DNA from: an uncultured virus (IMG/VR IMGVR_UViG_3300009169_000002)
Taxonomy: Duplodnaviria; Heunggongvirae; Uroviricota; Caudoviricetes
IMG/VR virus record: IMGVR_UViG_3300009169_000002
Length of the DNA: 64,000 nucleotides
Direction: 5' to 3' (one strand)
The translations under genes and the position numbers were made by a program. The notes beneath the pieces are model-generated. The model made no database searches, was not told where the DNA came from, and was given only the letters and a program-made list of their open reading frames with translations. Shown piece by piece: positions 28,571-38,744 of the stretch (its first letter is position 1; each line of letters begins with the position of its first letter).

Positions 28571-29431
28571 ATGCCTAACGCAGTTGGATTCGTTGACGAT
28601 ACTTTGGGCTACGCCAACCGGGCGATGCTCGAGTACATCCGTGACTTTGTAGACACGAACGGCTGGACCATCCTCGAGCAGGACATGGCGTCGGACACGC
28701 GCTACTGGATCGCGGAAGCGCCCGGTTATGTGGGACCGGACGGCCCTGTGCGCGCCTACGTCGGCATGCGCTCGTATCAGTCGGTCCCGTCGGACTATTA
28801 CAACCTCTCGGTCGCAGTGTTCACAGGGTACGTCCCGGGCAATACGTTCACCACTCAGCCGGGTTACGTGGAGTCTGGCATACCCGCGCACAATCAGCGC
28901 ATCGACTACTGGCTCACGGTGAACGACCGTCGCGTGGCGTTCGGGCTGAAGGTTGGAACGCCTGTTTATGAGTGTGGTTACGCAGGGTTCTTCCTGCCGT
29001 ATGCTAACCCGCGCCAGTACCCCTATCCGATCTGCTGCGGGGGCATGCTGAGCGGTGTCCCTGCTACGCGCTACAGCGACACGTCGCACTCGTTCCCGTG
29101 GAAGGGTTCGCGCGCCAACTTGCAGATACGCTGGATCACAGGGGCCTACCTCCAGCCGCAGACTTATCCATGGAATAACGGCTACCTTGCAGGCGGTCAA
29201 GGCATCCGCCCTGCGGACGGCACTGCCACTGCTAGCTACCCGCTGCCCCGTGTGGTCATGTGCGACAGCTCCCCGAACATTTACGGCGAGCTCGACGGCA
29301 TCCACTACATCACAGGTTTCAACAACGTCGTAGAGAACACGCTTGTCATCGGTGGCGAAACATACATCGTGCTTCAAGACGTTGCGCGCACCGGCTTCAT
29401 CGACTATTTTGCACTGAGGCTTGAAACCTGA
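28571..29431 (+). CDS. tail-tip structural protein
   Basis: First gene after TMP. Confidence 0.75.
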   Translation: MPNAVGFVDDTLGYANRAMLEYIRDFVDTNGWTILEQDMASDTRYWIAEAPGYVGPDGPVRAYVGMRSYQSVPSDYYNLSVAVFTGYVPGNTFTTQPGYVESGIPAHNQRIDYWLTVNDRRVAFGLKVGTPVYECGYAGFFLPYANPRQYPYPICCGGMLSGVPATRYSDTSHSFPWKGSRANLQIRWITGAYLQPQTYPWNNGYLAGGQGIRPADGTATASYPLPRVVMCDSSPNIYGELDGIHYITGFNNVVENTLVIGGETYIVLQDVARTGFIDYFALRLET

Positions 29432-30354
29432 TGGCATACGCTACAAGCTCAATCGCGGACCTCGCGTCCCTCCTGACGTTCATTCGTGATACCTGTACGT
29501 TGAACGGCTGGACGCTGTCAGGCAACGTACTGCACAAGGGCGACACATACGTTGAGGTGATGCTTGACGGTTCAGTTGGTGTCCGCATCCTCGGTGGCAA
29601 CGGCAAGGACGGCAGCAACCTTCTGACTACACCAGGCCCTCAGTATGCGTATTTCGGAACGATAGCGGGTATCCCGCTCACTTATCCGATGACGTGCGAT
29701 ATACACATCAACACAGCCCCAGACGAAGTGTTCGTCGTTATCAACTACTCGACAAGCTATTATTCGCTGATGGCATGGGGCAAGTCTGACGTCCCCGGGC
29801 TTACGGGAACGGGAAATTGGTATCATGCGAATCGAACACCGCAACAGGGTTCACGTGAATACCAATGCTCTCCAGCCGGCATTGATACGCAGACGAACTT
29901 CGGAGTCAACGTTGACGGTTGTCCGTTATTCCATGTCTACACAGGCGCCCCAGGCGGCAACAGTAGCGGAACGAACAATAGTTTCATCCACGGTGACGTT
30001 GATAGCGGGGGGTGGCACGGCAACACGGGTTCGTCAAACATGGCCAGCTCTAATCGTTTCCTTAGCCCGTTAATCGCATATTCTCCGAACCTGTGGAGCG
30101 GCGAAGCGTTGTTGATACCGTTCCCAGTTTATATGCCGCGCTCCTCGGGCAGCAAACAGACGCTTGTCGCGGACCTCAAGCATATCCGACACATTCGCAT
30201 CGACAACATTGTTCCCGGCGATATCATTACGCTTGGACCGGACGACTGGAAGGTGTACCCGTGGTTCCGCAAGGACATCACGGAACGAGACGGCGGAGCA
30301 GAGAACACCCACTCCGGAACTTTGGCGTATGCTTTGCGGTACACCGGGCCCTGA
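29431..30354 (+). CDS. tail-tip structural protein
   Basis: Coupled to previous gene; similar N-terminal NGWT motif. Confidence 0.75.
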   Translation: MAYATSSIADLASLLTFIRDTCTLNGWTLSGNVLHKGDTYVEVMLDGSVGVRILGGNGKDGSNLLTTPGPQYAYFGTIAGIPLTYPMTCDIHINTAPDEVFVVINYSTSYYSLMAWGKSDVPGLTGTGNWYHANRTPQQGSREYQCSPAGIDTQTNFGVNVDGCPLFHVYTGAPGGNSSGTNNSFIHGDVDSGGWHGNTGSSNMASSNRFLSPLIAYSPNLWSGEALLIPFPVYMPRSSGSKQTLVADLKHIRHIRIDNIVPGDIITLGPDDWKVYPWFRKDITERDGGAENTHSGTLAYALRYTGP

Positions 30355-30356
30355 CC

Positions 30357-32069
30357 ATGGCAGTTCTTGCTGGCTTTGTTCCGTTACCGGCTGAGCCCTT
30401 GCCCATCAACCCGTGGCTCTCGCACGGGTTGAATGCCTTTGAAACGGATTACACAGCATGGTGGCCGACAAGAACCTCCACCGTGGGCATGGGCAGCGAC
30501 GTCGAAAGAGGCGCGCATACGGTAGTTGATAATGTTCCGGTTTCAATGTACCCGGACCTGCTCAGCGGTACGGTCCCGCGCGCCTACTCAGACGACTACT
30601 ATAACCGCATCCACATCATACCAACGAGCATTGAGCTCGGTAACCTGCTCTCGACGCAGATTCGGTACTTCGATGTCTGGAATGCGTACTTCGTTCCGCG
30701 CACGCTGAACGCTATTGTCGAGACTGACACCGACGGGTTAGCTATCTCGGGACCGACTGCTCCGCTTGTATACGAAGCGCTGCGTATGTCGGAGTACGAG
30801 CTCACCATTCTAACGTCTGGCCCTCCGGTCGTTGATGCGTTTTACACGTTTGACTTTGACGTTGGGGACTACTCCATCAACGTCACGGGTTCGCGCGTTG
30901 TGCTGTTTACGTTTCAGCCTGACGGGCCTATGGTTGAAGAATTGCAATGGGCAACAGACGTCATGACCTCGTACAACGGCACGGAGCAGCGCTCAACTGT
31001 GCGCGGTGCGCCTCGCCAGCGGCTGGACTTCGAAGTGCTAACCGACGAGGTTGAGGATGCGAAGCTGCGCGCGTTGCTGTTCGACTGGCTGCCGCGCACG
31101 TTTGGCGTCCCCCTATGGTTCGAGCAGCGGCGAGTTACGTCTGCTGTCACAGCCGGTGCAGTTTCAATCCCTGTCACAACCGCATACTCGGATTTCCGTG
31201 TTGCTGGCCTCGTAATGATTTATGAAAACGAGGACAAGTATGAAGTGATGGGCATTAGCTCGTTCACCGGAAGCGCAATCACCATCGAAGCACCGCTGCT
31301 CAACAGCTACACGGTGAAAGCTGTGGTCATGCCTGTGATGGTTTGCTACGCGACATCACCCGTCAAGCGTAACGTGTTCCCCACTGGCGTGGCAAAGACC
31401 GCTGTGAGCTTTACGGTGATCGACAACGTGAAGCGCGCCAGCACAACGGGTTCGACGCTGTACGACAGCAAGGTACTGCTGGCGGACGCGAACTTCATGG
31501 GCGACACGCTGGATGAAACGTTTGACCGTCAAGTCACGGTCGTGGATACCGTTTCTGGCAGGCTAGTGCAGACGAGCGGATGGGACAGGTCCAAGGTGAC
31601 TACGCGCAAACAATGGCGCGTGAACCATAGCTTGCAAGAAGTATGGCGCATCCGGCAGCTCTTGCACGCACTCGACGGGAACAGAGTATCGTTCTGGCTG
31701 CCGAGCTTCCGACCAGATTTGCAGTTGGTTGAAACGGTTCCTCCGAACACTCCTGTGATTCGTGTTGCCGGTGCAAACTATTCCGGGTTCTCCGCGAACC
31801 GGAACCCGTACCGTGACATCCGCATAACCTTGACGAATGGGACCATCTATACGCGCAGGATTGTGAGCAGCTATGCAGACGGAAGCGACGACGTGCTGAC
31901 ACTTGATTCCGTGCTGCAAGCCAGCGACCTCACCGTTGCGGACGTTAGAAGAATTGAGTTTGTGGGACTAATGCGGATCGCTAACGATAAGGCTAAGCTC
32001 ACGCACTATCGCGCAGGGACCGCGCAAGTTGATATCCAAGTCAGCAGTGTCAAAACACCGAGCAACTAA
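30357..32069 (+). CDS. tail-tip / distal tail structural protein
   Basis: DDYYNRIH; EELQWATDV..GTEQR..PR; FWLPSF. Confidence 0.8.
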   Translation: MAVLAGFVPLPAEPLPINPWLSHGLNAFETDYTAWWPTRTSTVGMGSDVERGAHTVVDNVPVSMYPDLLSGTVPRAYSDDYYNRIHIIPTSIELGNLLSTQIRYFDVWNAYFVPRTLNAIVETDTDGLAISGPTAPLVYEALRMSEYELTILTSGPPVVDAFYTFDFDVGDYSINVTGSRVVLFTFQPDGPMVEELQWATDVMTSYNGTEQRSTVRGAPRQRLDFEVLTDEVEDAKLRALLFDWLPRTFGVPLWFEQRRVTSAVTAGAVSIPVTTAYSDFRVAGLVMIYENEDKYEVMGISSFTGSAITIEAPLLNSYTVKAVVMPVMVCYATSPVKRNVFPTGVAKTAVSFTVIDNVKRASTTGSTLYDSKVLLADANFMGDTLDETFDRQVTVVDTVSGRLVQTSGWDRSKVTTRKQWRVNHSLQEVWRIRQLLHALDGNRVSFWLPSFRPDLQLVETVPPNTPVIRVAGANYSGFSANRNPYRDIRITLTNGTIYTRRIVSSYADGSDDVLTLDSVLQASDLTVADVRRIEFVGLMRIANDKAKLTHYRAGTAQVDIQVSSVKTPSN

Positions 32070-32893
32070 TGGCCTTTGAAACATACGAAGACAGTGACGA
32101 AGGTGGACAACCAGTAGAGCTCTATGAGTTTTACTATCTGACCCAGATATCAAGATGGACAAGTTACCATGCAGATATCACCGTTGCGTCAACCGTATAC
32201 AAGAGCGCGTCCCTGTCCCGCAGCGACGTGACGGATGCTGGCGGCACGCTGTCGAATCAAAACCTTACCATCACCTGCCAGCCCGACTTCCCGATCGCCG
32301 AACTGTTTTCGGTGAGCCCACCGTCCGATGTGGTTAGCTTAATCATCAAGCGTGTGCAGCTGAGCGACCTCGCTGATCCGAGGGTTATTTATCCCGGACG
32401 AGTGCTGAGCGTTTCGTGGGCGGAGGACGCAGCCAAGCTCACTTGCCAGAGCATCATCACCAGGCTGAAGCAACCCGGACTCCGGCGCATCTACGGAAAG
32501 ATGTGCCCTCATTTGCTTTACGGGCAAGGGGACGGCGAGTGCAATGTGAACCCGCTAACCTTCCAAGAGAACGTTGCCCTAGCAACCGTGTCAGGTATTA
32601 CAGTGACCTCTGCTGCGTTCGCAGCTAAGCCGGCCGACTACTATACCGGGGGCAAGCTGGAAGTTGCTGTGCCGTCGGGCTATGCGCGCAGGGGCATCCA
32701 GAAACACGTTGGCGACACGCTTACATTGACGCACCAGATTCCAGAGCTAACGTCGGGTATGACCGTCAGGGTGTTCCCGGGCTGTGACCACACTCGCACC
32801 ACTTGCGTCAGCAAGTTCAACAACGAGCCGAACTTCGGCGGGTTCCCGTTTACCCCGCAGAAGAATCCTTTCGGCCAATCATCGGTGTTCTAA
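32069..32893 (+). CDS. tail hub-associated protein (DUF2163/BR0599, gpL-like Cys motif)
   Basis: CPHLLY..C..PGCDHTRTTCVSKFNN..NFGGFPF. Confidence 0.88.
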   Translation: MAFETYEDSDEGGQPVELYEFYYLTQISRWTSYHADITVASTVYKSASLSRSDVTDAGGTLSNQNLTITCQPDFPIAELFSVSPPSDVVSLIIKRVQLSDLADPRVIYPGRVLSVSWAEDAAKLTCQSIITRLKQPGLRRIYGKMCPHLLYGQGDGECNVNPLTFQENVALATVSGITVTSAAFAAKPADYYTGGKLEVAVPSGYARRGIQKHVGDTLTLTHQIPELTSGMTVRVFPGCDHTRTTCVSKFNNEPNFGGFPFTPQKNPFGQSSVF

Positions 32894-32895
32894 AT

Positions 32896-35800
32896 ATGGT
32901 CTGGGGATATATCATTGTAATGGTGGTGACGCTTGTCCTCGGGATAGCGTTAGCACCGAAACCGCAAGGCCCGAAGTCTGCTGCACTGGACGACTTCGAG
33001 TTCCCGACAGCGGAGGAAGGGCGCCCGATCCCTGTGGTGTTCGGTGAGGTAGACATCCGCGGCTCGAACGTGCTGTGGTACGGTAACCTCAAGGTCAAAA
33101 AGATTAAGAAGAGCGGCCTCTTTTCGTCTACGACAGTTGGCTTCAAGTATTACATCGACCATCACGCAGGGTTGTGCCACGGACCAATCGACCAAGTCAA
33201 CCGCATCCTCATCGGTGAGAAGCAAGCATGGTCCGGTGCAGTAACTTCTAACTCCACAATCAACATTAACCTCAAGTCGCTGTTCGGTGGCGAGAAGCGC
33301 GAAGGTGGTGTCGCAGGCGACGTGTCGTTCATGTTCGGCACGCAGGCACAGACTGCGAACGCTTACCTCCTTGCACAGACGGGCTCGAGCATTGCCTACA
33401 GGGGCATCTTCGCATACCTGACAGGGAGCGCAGCATCCCCCTTCTACATTGGTACGACCGCCTACCCGAAGGTCTGGGCAGTGCGTGTGCGGCGTATCCT
33501 GTCAGGTTGGTACGGTGGAACAGCATGGTACTCCGCCAAAGCTACCATCAGCACGAAGCTGATGAACCCCGCTCACATCATCTACCAGTGCCTCACAGAC
33601 CCTCGGTGGGGCATGGGCGTCGACACTGCGTTGATGGACAGCACAACGTTCACCGCAGTAGCGGACAAGCTGTTCACCGAGAACTTCGGCCTTGCAATTA
33701 ACTGGAACCAAACCGCGTCGATCGAGCAGTTCATCGAGATTATTCTTGACCACATTGCCGGCGGTCTAACGCTCAACACCGCGACAGGGAAGTACGAGCT
33801 CGTTCTCGTGCGCGGTGACTACAGCATCCCGGCGCTCCCGATATATGACGAGTACGACATCCTTCAGCTGACCGACTATCAGCGGCAAGCGTGGGGCGAA
33901 ACGGTCAACGAAGTAACCCTTATCTACACGGATCCGGACAACGGTAAGGACACCGCGATCTCGCAGCAAGACCTAGCGAACATTGACGCGCAGGGTGCGC
34001 GCGTTCCGGTGAAGCTCGAGTACAAGGGCATCCGCGACCATACAGTCGCGCGCACTGTGCTGGCACGGGAGCTTGCAAGCCGCGTCACACCGCTCAGCAA
34101 AATCACGTTCGAGATTAACCGGCGCGCCTGGAGCGTGAAGTTTGGCGACCTGTTCAGACTCAATTGGGCAGCGCGTGACATCAACGGCACGGTGTACCGT
34201 GTAATCAAGATTTCGAAGGGGACGCTGCAAAAGGGCTCGATTAAAATTGAAGCGCTCGAGGACATCTATGCGCTCGGTGTGACCAGTTACCTCGGGACCA
34301 TAGCGAACCCGGCTGTACCGGGCGACCCAACGATGCCAGCGGAGTCCGCGGACACGGGTTCCAATGTGGTCAGCACAACGCTAACCACTCCGCCCGTGTC
34401 CCCTGTCGACGGTGACACGTACTTCATCCCGCTCACGCCTGCTGCGACGGGTGCATGGGCAGGTCAGAACGGCAACTTCGCAACGTGGGACGCGGACAAC
34501 GCGGAGTGGCTGTTTGCTGACGTACCGGACCACACGCTCGTCTACGATCAAACCGCTTCAGCATGGTACGAGGTCAACGCAGGGGTTGCAGGTGTAACGC
34601 CTTGGGTTAGCGAAGCTCCAATTGACGGGGCGCAATACGCGCGCAAGGATGCAGAGTGGGTGCCTGTGGTTGGCGGAGGTGGCGGAGGGGGCGGGGGCGC
34701 GCTGCAATTCATGGGCGAATCCGTAGTCACCGGATCGGCTTCAACCACACTGACCATTAGCGGTCTTGATTTAGATAGTGACGAGCATTACCTCGTTGAG
34801 CTCAAGCTGCAAAATGCAGGCTCGTCACTGATGACGCTGCGACTGACATATAACGCCGACACCACGGTTACGAATTACTGGTATCAAGCGACCGGGGCAA
34901 ACAACGGATCGGTCTATGGTGGTCGGTCTAACGATCCTCACATCGGTGAAATCCTTGCTAGCTCAGGGTCTACTTTCACCGCAACAGCTAACCTCATGCG
35001 CAACGCGGCAGGGCGTGTTAACTTTGAAGGAAGCATTGCTCAAGGTGACCTCAGCGTCGCTCGAAACTTTCTTATCAACCATAGTTGGGTCACGACCGGC
35101 GTCAACGTCACTTCGCTTACATTGACGACAACGGTTGCCGGTGGTCTAGCTGTCGGATCGCGCATCCGTATCTGGAGGCTTAACACTAACACGCTCAGCA
35201 CCATTGATGCTGAAATCACCGCAGACGCCCCTCTCGGATGGTGGAAGCTCGATGAGGCCAGCGGTGCCTTCGCGGACAGCAGCGGCAACGGGTACGACCT
35301 TGCAATCACAGGGACGCCGGTGCAGGCGTACCAGTTCTCCGCACTCGACTCGAACTTTCCCGCACGCAGAGGTCCAGCTTCAACTAACGGAGGTCAGGCG
35401 AACTACGCCGGCAACACAGCCATCGCCACTGCGCTTGCACCCATCACAACCCTCACCGCGGAGATATGGGGCGCGTGGACGGCAGCCGGGTATCTGATGG
35501 TGATGGGTGGCAACGGCGAAACACTCGCGACGAACATCGGCTTCATGTTAGATCTAGCTGCCAACGGAACTGTGGGAACGCTTTGGGAATACGGTGCAGG
35601 CACGAACGGCCCAGCTCTTACTCAATATCTTGGTGGCGCGCTGGATGGTAAGCTGCACCATATTGCATTCGTCAAAGACGCAGCAACACTCACCGCCAAG
35701 ATGTACATTGACGGGAGGCTGTCCGCGCAAGTCACGTACACAGGCGGTCAGGAACACACGGGCGGAACTACTGGTTCGCTGTCCATCATGGGAAACCCTG

Positions 35801-35913
35801 CTGGCGCAGTCGCAGGCGCGGATGGTGTGTATTCTGGTGCAGCGTTTTACACTACCGCTTTGACCGAGGAGCGCATTCAAGCGCACGCACGAGCCCTCGG
35901 TGTGTACGGTTGA
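32896..35913 (+). CDS. central tail fibre / receptor-binding protein (tail-tip domain, DUF2793-like, foldon-like, Gly9, LamG-like C-terminus)
   Basis: GRPIPVVFG; NPAHIIY.CLTD..WG; EAPIDGAQYARKDAEW; GWWKLDE..DSSGNG..HHIAFV..MYIDG. Confidence 0.85.
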   Translation: MVWGYIIVMVVTLVLGIALAPKPQGPKSAALDDFEFPTAEEGRPIPVVFGEVDIRGSNVLWYGNLKVKKIKKSGLFSSTTVGFKYYIDHHAGLCHGPIDQVNRILIGEKQAWSGAVTSNSTININLKSLFGGEKREGGVAGDVSFMFGTQAQTANAYLLAQTGSSIAYRGIFAYLTGSAASPFYIGTTAYPKVWAVRVRRILSGWYGGTAWYSAKATISTKLMNPAHIIYQCLTDPRWGMGVDTALMDSTTFTAVADKLFTENFGLAINWNQTASIEQFIEIILDHIAGGLTLNTATGKYELVLVRGDYSIPALPIYDEYDILQLTDYQRQAWGETVNEVTLIYTDPDNGKDTAISQQDLANIDAQGARVPVKLEYKGIRDHTVARTVLARELASRVTPLSKITFEINRRAWSVKFGDLFRLNWAARDINGTVYRVIKISKGTLQKGSIKIEALEDIYALGVTSYLGTIANPAVPGDPTMPAESADTGSNVVSTTLTTPPVSPVDGDTYFIPLTPAATGAWAGQNGNFATWDADNAEWLFADVPDHTLVYDQTASAWYEVNAGVAGVTPWVSEAPIDGAQYARKDAEWVPVVGGGGGGGGGALQFMGESVVTGSASTTLTISGLDLDSDEHYLVELKLQNAGSSLMTLRLTYNADTTVTNYWYQATGANNGSVYGGRSNDPHIGEILASSGSTFTATANLMRNAAGRVNFEGSIAQGDLSVARNFLINHSWVTTGVNVTSLTLTTTVAGGLAVGSRIRIWRLNTNTLSTIDAEITADAPLGWWKLDEASGAFADSSGNGYDLAITGTPVQAYQFSALDSNFPARRGPASTNGGQANYAGNTAIATALAPITTLTAEIWGAWTAAGYLMVMGGNGETLATNIGFMLDLAANGTVGTLWEYGAGTNGPALTQYLGGALDGKLHHIAFVKDAATLTAKMYIDGRLSAQVTYTGGQEHTGGTTGSLSIMGNPAGAVAGADGVYSGAAFYTTALTEERIQAHARALGVYG

Positions 35914-36238
35914 CGTTCGGTTGCCGGTACTCCCGCAGCAGACGGTCAAGCTGCCGGGCGTTGCGGTTGTGGTCATACAGGGTGCGCTCGGGGGCATGCA
36001 CAAGTGCTGAAGCATCGAACCCCTGCGACCGCGTATAACGCGCTGCCTGCTCGTTACCCTGCTCCCGGTACGGTAGCACCCCCGGCACCCCGATCGCAGC
36101 GTGCCCAAGCTGTGCTGAGCGCGTAGCTAGCAACGCAGCTTGTTGGCTAGCCGGTATGTGGGCGTACCAATCCGGGGGTTCAGCCCCCTGTGCAGAAACG
36201 CTTGCCAGACACAGAATAAACATGCTAGTCTTGATCAT
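35852..36238 (-). CDS. putative exported protein
   Basis: RBS GGAG; signal-peptide-like N-terminus; overlaps fibre gene 3' end by 62 nt. Confidence 0.5.
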   Translation of the reverse strand: MIKTSMFILCLASVSAQGAEPPDWYAHIPASQQAALLATRSAQLGHAAIGVPGVLPYREQGNEQAARYTRSQGFDASALVHAPERTLYDHNRNARQLDRLLREYRQPNVNRTHRGLVRALECAPRSKR

Positions 36239-36250
36239 TTGAGCTCCGAA

Positions 36251-36282
36251 TAGCCCCGGTCGGGTCCATGTGACCGGGGCTA
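36251..36282 (-). other. intergenic hairpin
   Basis: TAGCCCCGGTC/GACCGGGGCTA; minus-strand loop ACATGGACCC. Confidence 0.6.
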
Positions 36283-36291
36283 TATTCCTCG

Positions 36292-36627
36292 TCAGTTTGC
36301 CGCGTGGCTGTTTGCGCGCCAGCGGTAGTATTGGATGCGTGCTGTGTTGATATTCCAATGCCGACGCTTAGCTAGGCGCCGAATCTCTTCCAGCGATGGG
36401 GCAGCACCCTGTTCGCGGCTTACCTTGTCCAAGGTGTCCCAAATTTTGGCACACCGTCCGCCCTTCACCGGGCGGGAGAACTTGGAACCGCTTTGGTCTT
36501 CCGGAGCAGGCGCTTCACCAGACGCGATCGCGTTGTGAACTGCGCCAAAAACAATCTCCGCCAAGGGCGCTTGCAGTGCTTCAAGAACACGCTTGCTGAT
36601 TGATTGCTCTAAGTTAGAACCAACCAT
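36292..36627 (-). CDS. putative DNA-binding protein (paralog 1 of 4)
   Basis: RP..GG.C..IWDTLD..AP..WNINTARIQYYRWR; RBS AAGGAG; promoter TTGCTT-N17-TAAGCT at 36706-36678. Confidence 0.7.
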   Translation of the reverse strand: MVGSNLEQSISKRVLEALQAPLAEIVFGAVHNAIASGEAPAPEDQSGSKFSRPVKGGRCAKIWDTLDKVSREQGAAPSLEEIRRLAKRRHWNINTARIQYYRWRANSHAAN

Positions 36628-36725
36628 TAGGAACTCCTTTTCTAGATCGCCATGCAGACGGCTTGTCTGCAATACAAAGCTTATGCGTGAGTGCATATAA
36701 AAGCAAGCCCTTACAATGAGTGCTT

Positions 36726-38744
36726 TTACCCTTCCGTGTAGCCAATCTCCCGGAGGATTTTTGTGGCTTCTGCGATATACCAGTCGTAATCCACATCGTC
36801 AGGAAGTTGGGCAGGCAGTTGCATGAGCGGCTTCGCTCCGTCGCTGCGTGGCACCTTGTTCCCGCTGCTGGCGTAAACCATCTCGCCCTCGTTGTCGGTG
36901 CTGTAATACCAACGAATTGAGGCGCCGAGGTATACGCCGTTCTTGACTGCTCCGCCCTTCACCTTGCGCACGCTCACGAACTTGCGGACGTCGGTGCAAG
37001 CGCGAATGGTGTCCGTCACGGGGATGTTCTTAGTTAGCAGCATCTCCACCGCGTCGATGCAGACTGTGGACTTCGGATTCATATGCAAGCGAAAGATTGC
37101 TTGCTTTGGGTCGTTCCATGGATTGTTGTACGCACCCTTGGACTTCACGCCGACCTTGCCGTCCTTGTCCGGCACCTTGACCGCGATGTAGTTATTCACG
37201 TCACGCGAATAATATGCAGCGTACTCGGTTTCCTCTGTCTGGAACCCCGTGTCGCGTTCCCATTGGTGGATGACCCGTTCCATGCTGTCGCGCTGCGCAC
37301 GCTCGCATTTGATGACCACACCGTCCGTATTCGCCGACACGACCTGCACACCGCTGAGCTCCAGGCGCTCGATAAGCATCAGCAGCGCGAGTTGCCCGGT
37401 GACGGTAACCTGTACTAGCAGGTCCGGGGAGTACAGGATGCTGTACTTGCTTCCGAGCTTGCCGAACGAACCGTTCACCACGATCTTCAACGTGTCTGCC
37501 ACCACGCGCATGCCTGCGGACTTAGCAGCAACACGACGGTTCACGATGTTGCTGTACACGCGCAAGAACTGCGGCCCGAGGTGGTGCGGGTACAGTTGCT
37601 GATTCAAAATGATTTGAGGGTAGTATGACGTCACGTCGCGGTCGACAATGCAATGCGTTGTCCCTGCAACGTGCGCGATTGTGGTCTCGGAACTGTGCAG
37701 TCCACCGATGCCCATGCGGTACACGTTCCCACCGATGCGCAGGTGCAGCGCACCGACCTCCGGGGGCATGCCTACCGACCCGTGATGCTCTACGACGAAC
37801 CAGGCGTTCCGCACGACCTCGAGCGCCCACTGCATCAACGGGGACTCGTACTTCAAAAACGAAGGCACCTTGTAGCGGTACGAGGTGCCGGGCTCGATGA
37901 CAGGCTTGCCCGGGCGGCTGCCGTCCAGCCGGTGGAGCTCGTTCGAAATAACCGCTTCCGCGATTTGTGCATCCGACCTCGAGCGAAGGTCGATGTCGTA
38001 CTCGCGCCCCAAGCTCTCACGGAGTTCAACCTGTTCGGTAAGCGACTCGAGGAGGAACCCTGTCTGCATGAGGTCGTTGACGTTGTACCATCGCACGATC
38101 GCCATCTGGTCGGGCGACAGCGTTGCCTCATGGTGAAAGGGCAAGTCCTGCATGCGAGGCGTGTGCAACCGTCCACCGTAAATCTTCAAGCTCGCGGTGA
38201 GCGGTGCTACTTCAATGAGGTCGATGTGGTCAATGTTTTTGAGTGCGCGCACCTTGTTCTGCTTCAGCACGTCGGTCGCACGCCACTCCTCTTGGATGAT
38301 GCGGTTGGTGGCAGTCTTGATCTGTTCGGTGTTCTTGCCGGCAAGCGCAAGCGCTGCCATAGGCAGGTCGTATCCGTAGCTGTTGAAGCCAACGAGGGTG
38401 AAGCTGCGCATTATCCACTCGAGCTTCGCGCGCTCCGCTAGCTCTTGCCCGGAGGACATTTCAAAGTAGACGATCGCGCCGGTGGTGTACGACGCGAAGC
38501 TGATGAGGAAGTAATTCCAATATGACTCCACATCGAACAGCAGCTTGTCCCGGCGCAGGCGTGCTTCCGCGAGCTCGGGGTCGCTCATCACATGCACGTT
38601 GAAGCGCAGCGCGTCTTCCAAGCCGGGCAGGTAGTCCGAGCGTAACCACACGGGTTCCGGTGGCGTGCGCTTGGGTGCAGCCTCCTTGACCGCTTTGACG
38701 ATTGGTTCGTCGCGCCACCACAAGCCTAGAGCGTCTGCTCTCAC
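36726..38744 (-). CDS. family-B DNA polymerase with exonuclease domain
   Basis: FDVE, GFNSYGYD; DVTSYYP, KIVVNGSFGK, SANTDG. Confidence 0.92.
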   Translation of the reverse strand: MRADALGLWWRDEPIVKAVKEAAPKRTPPEPVWLRSDYLPGLEDALRFNVHVMSDPELAEARLRRDKLLFDVESYWNYFLISFASYTTGAIVYFEMSSGQELAERAKLEWIMRSFTLVGFNSYGYDLPMAALALAGKNTEQIKTATNRIIQEEWRATDVLKQNKVRALKNIDHIDLIEVAPLTASLKIYGGRLHTPRMQDLPFHHEATLSPDQMAIVRWYNVNDLMQTGFLLESLTEQVELRESLGREYDIDLRSRSDAQIAEAVISNELHRLDGSRPGKPVIEPGTSYRYKVPSFLKYESPLMQWALEVVRNAWFVVEHHGSVGMPPEVGALHLRIGGNVYRMGIGGLHSSETTIAHVAGTTHCIVDRDVTSYYPQIILNQQLYPHHLGPQFLRVYSNIVNRRVAAKSAGMRVVADTLKIVVNGSFGKLGSKYSILYSPDLLVQVTVTGQLALLMLIERLELSGVQVVSANTDGVVIKCERAQRDSMERVIHQWERDTGFQTEETEYAAYYSRDVNNYIAVKVPDKDGKVGVKSKGAYNNPWNDPKQAIFRLHMNPKSTVCIDAVEMLLTKNIPVTDTIRACTDVRKFVSVRKVKGGAVKNGVYLGASIRWYYSTDNEGEMVYASSGNKVPRSDGAKPLMQLPAQLPDDVDYDWYIAEATKILREIGYTEG

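Noticed and set aside
32896..35913. Diversity-generating retroelement acting on the fibre
   Set aside because: No reverse transcriptase and no TR/VR repeat pair noticed
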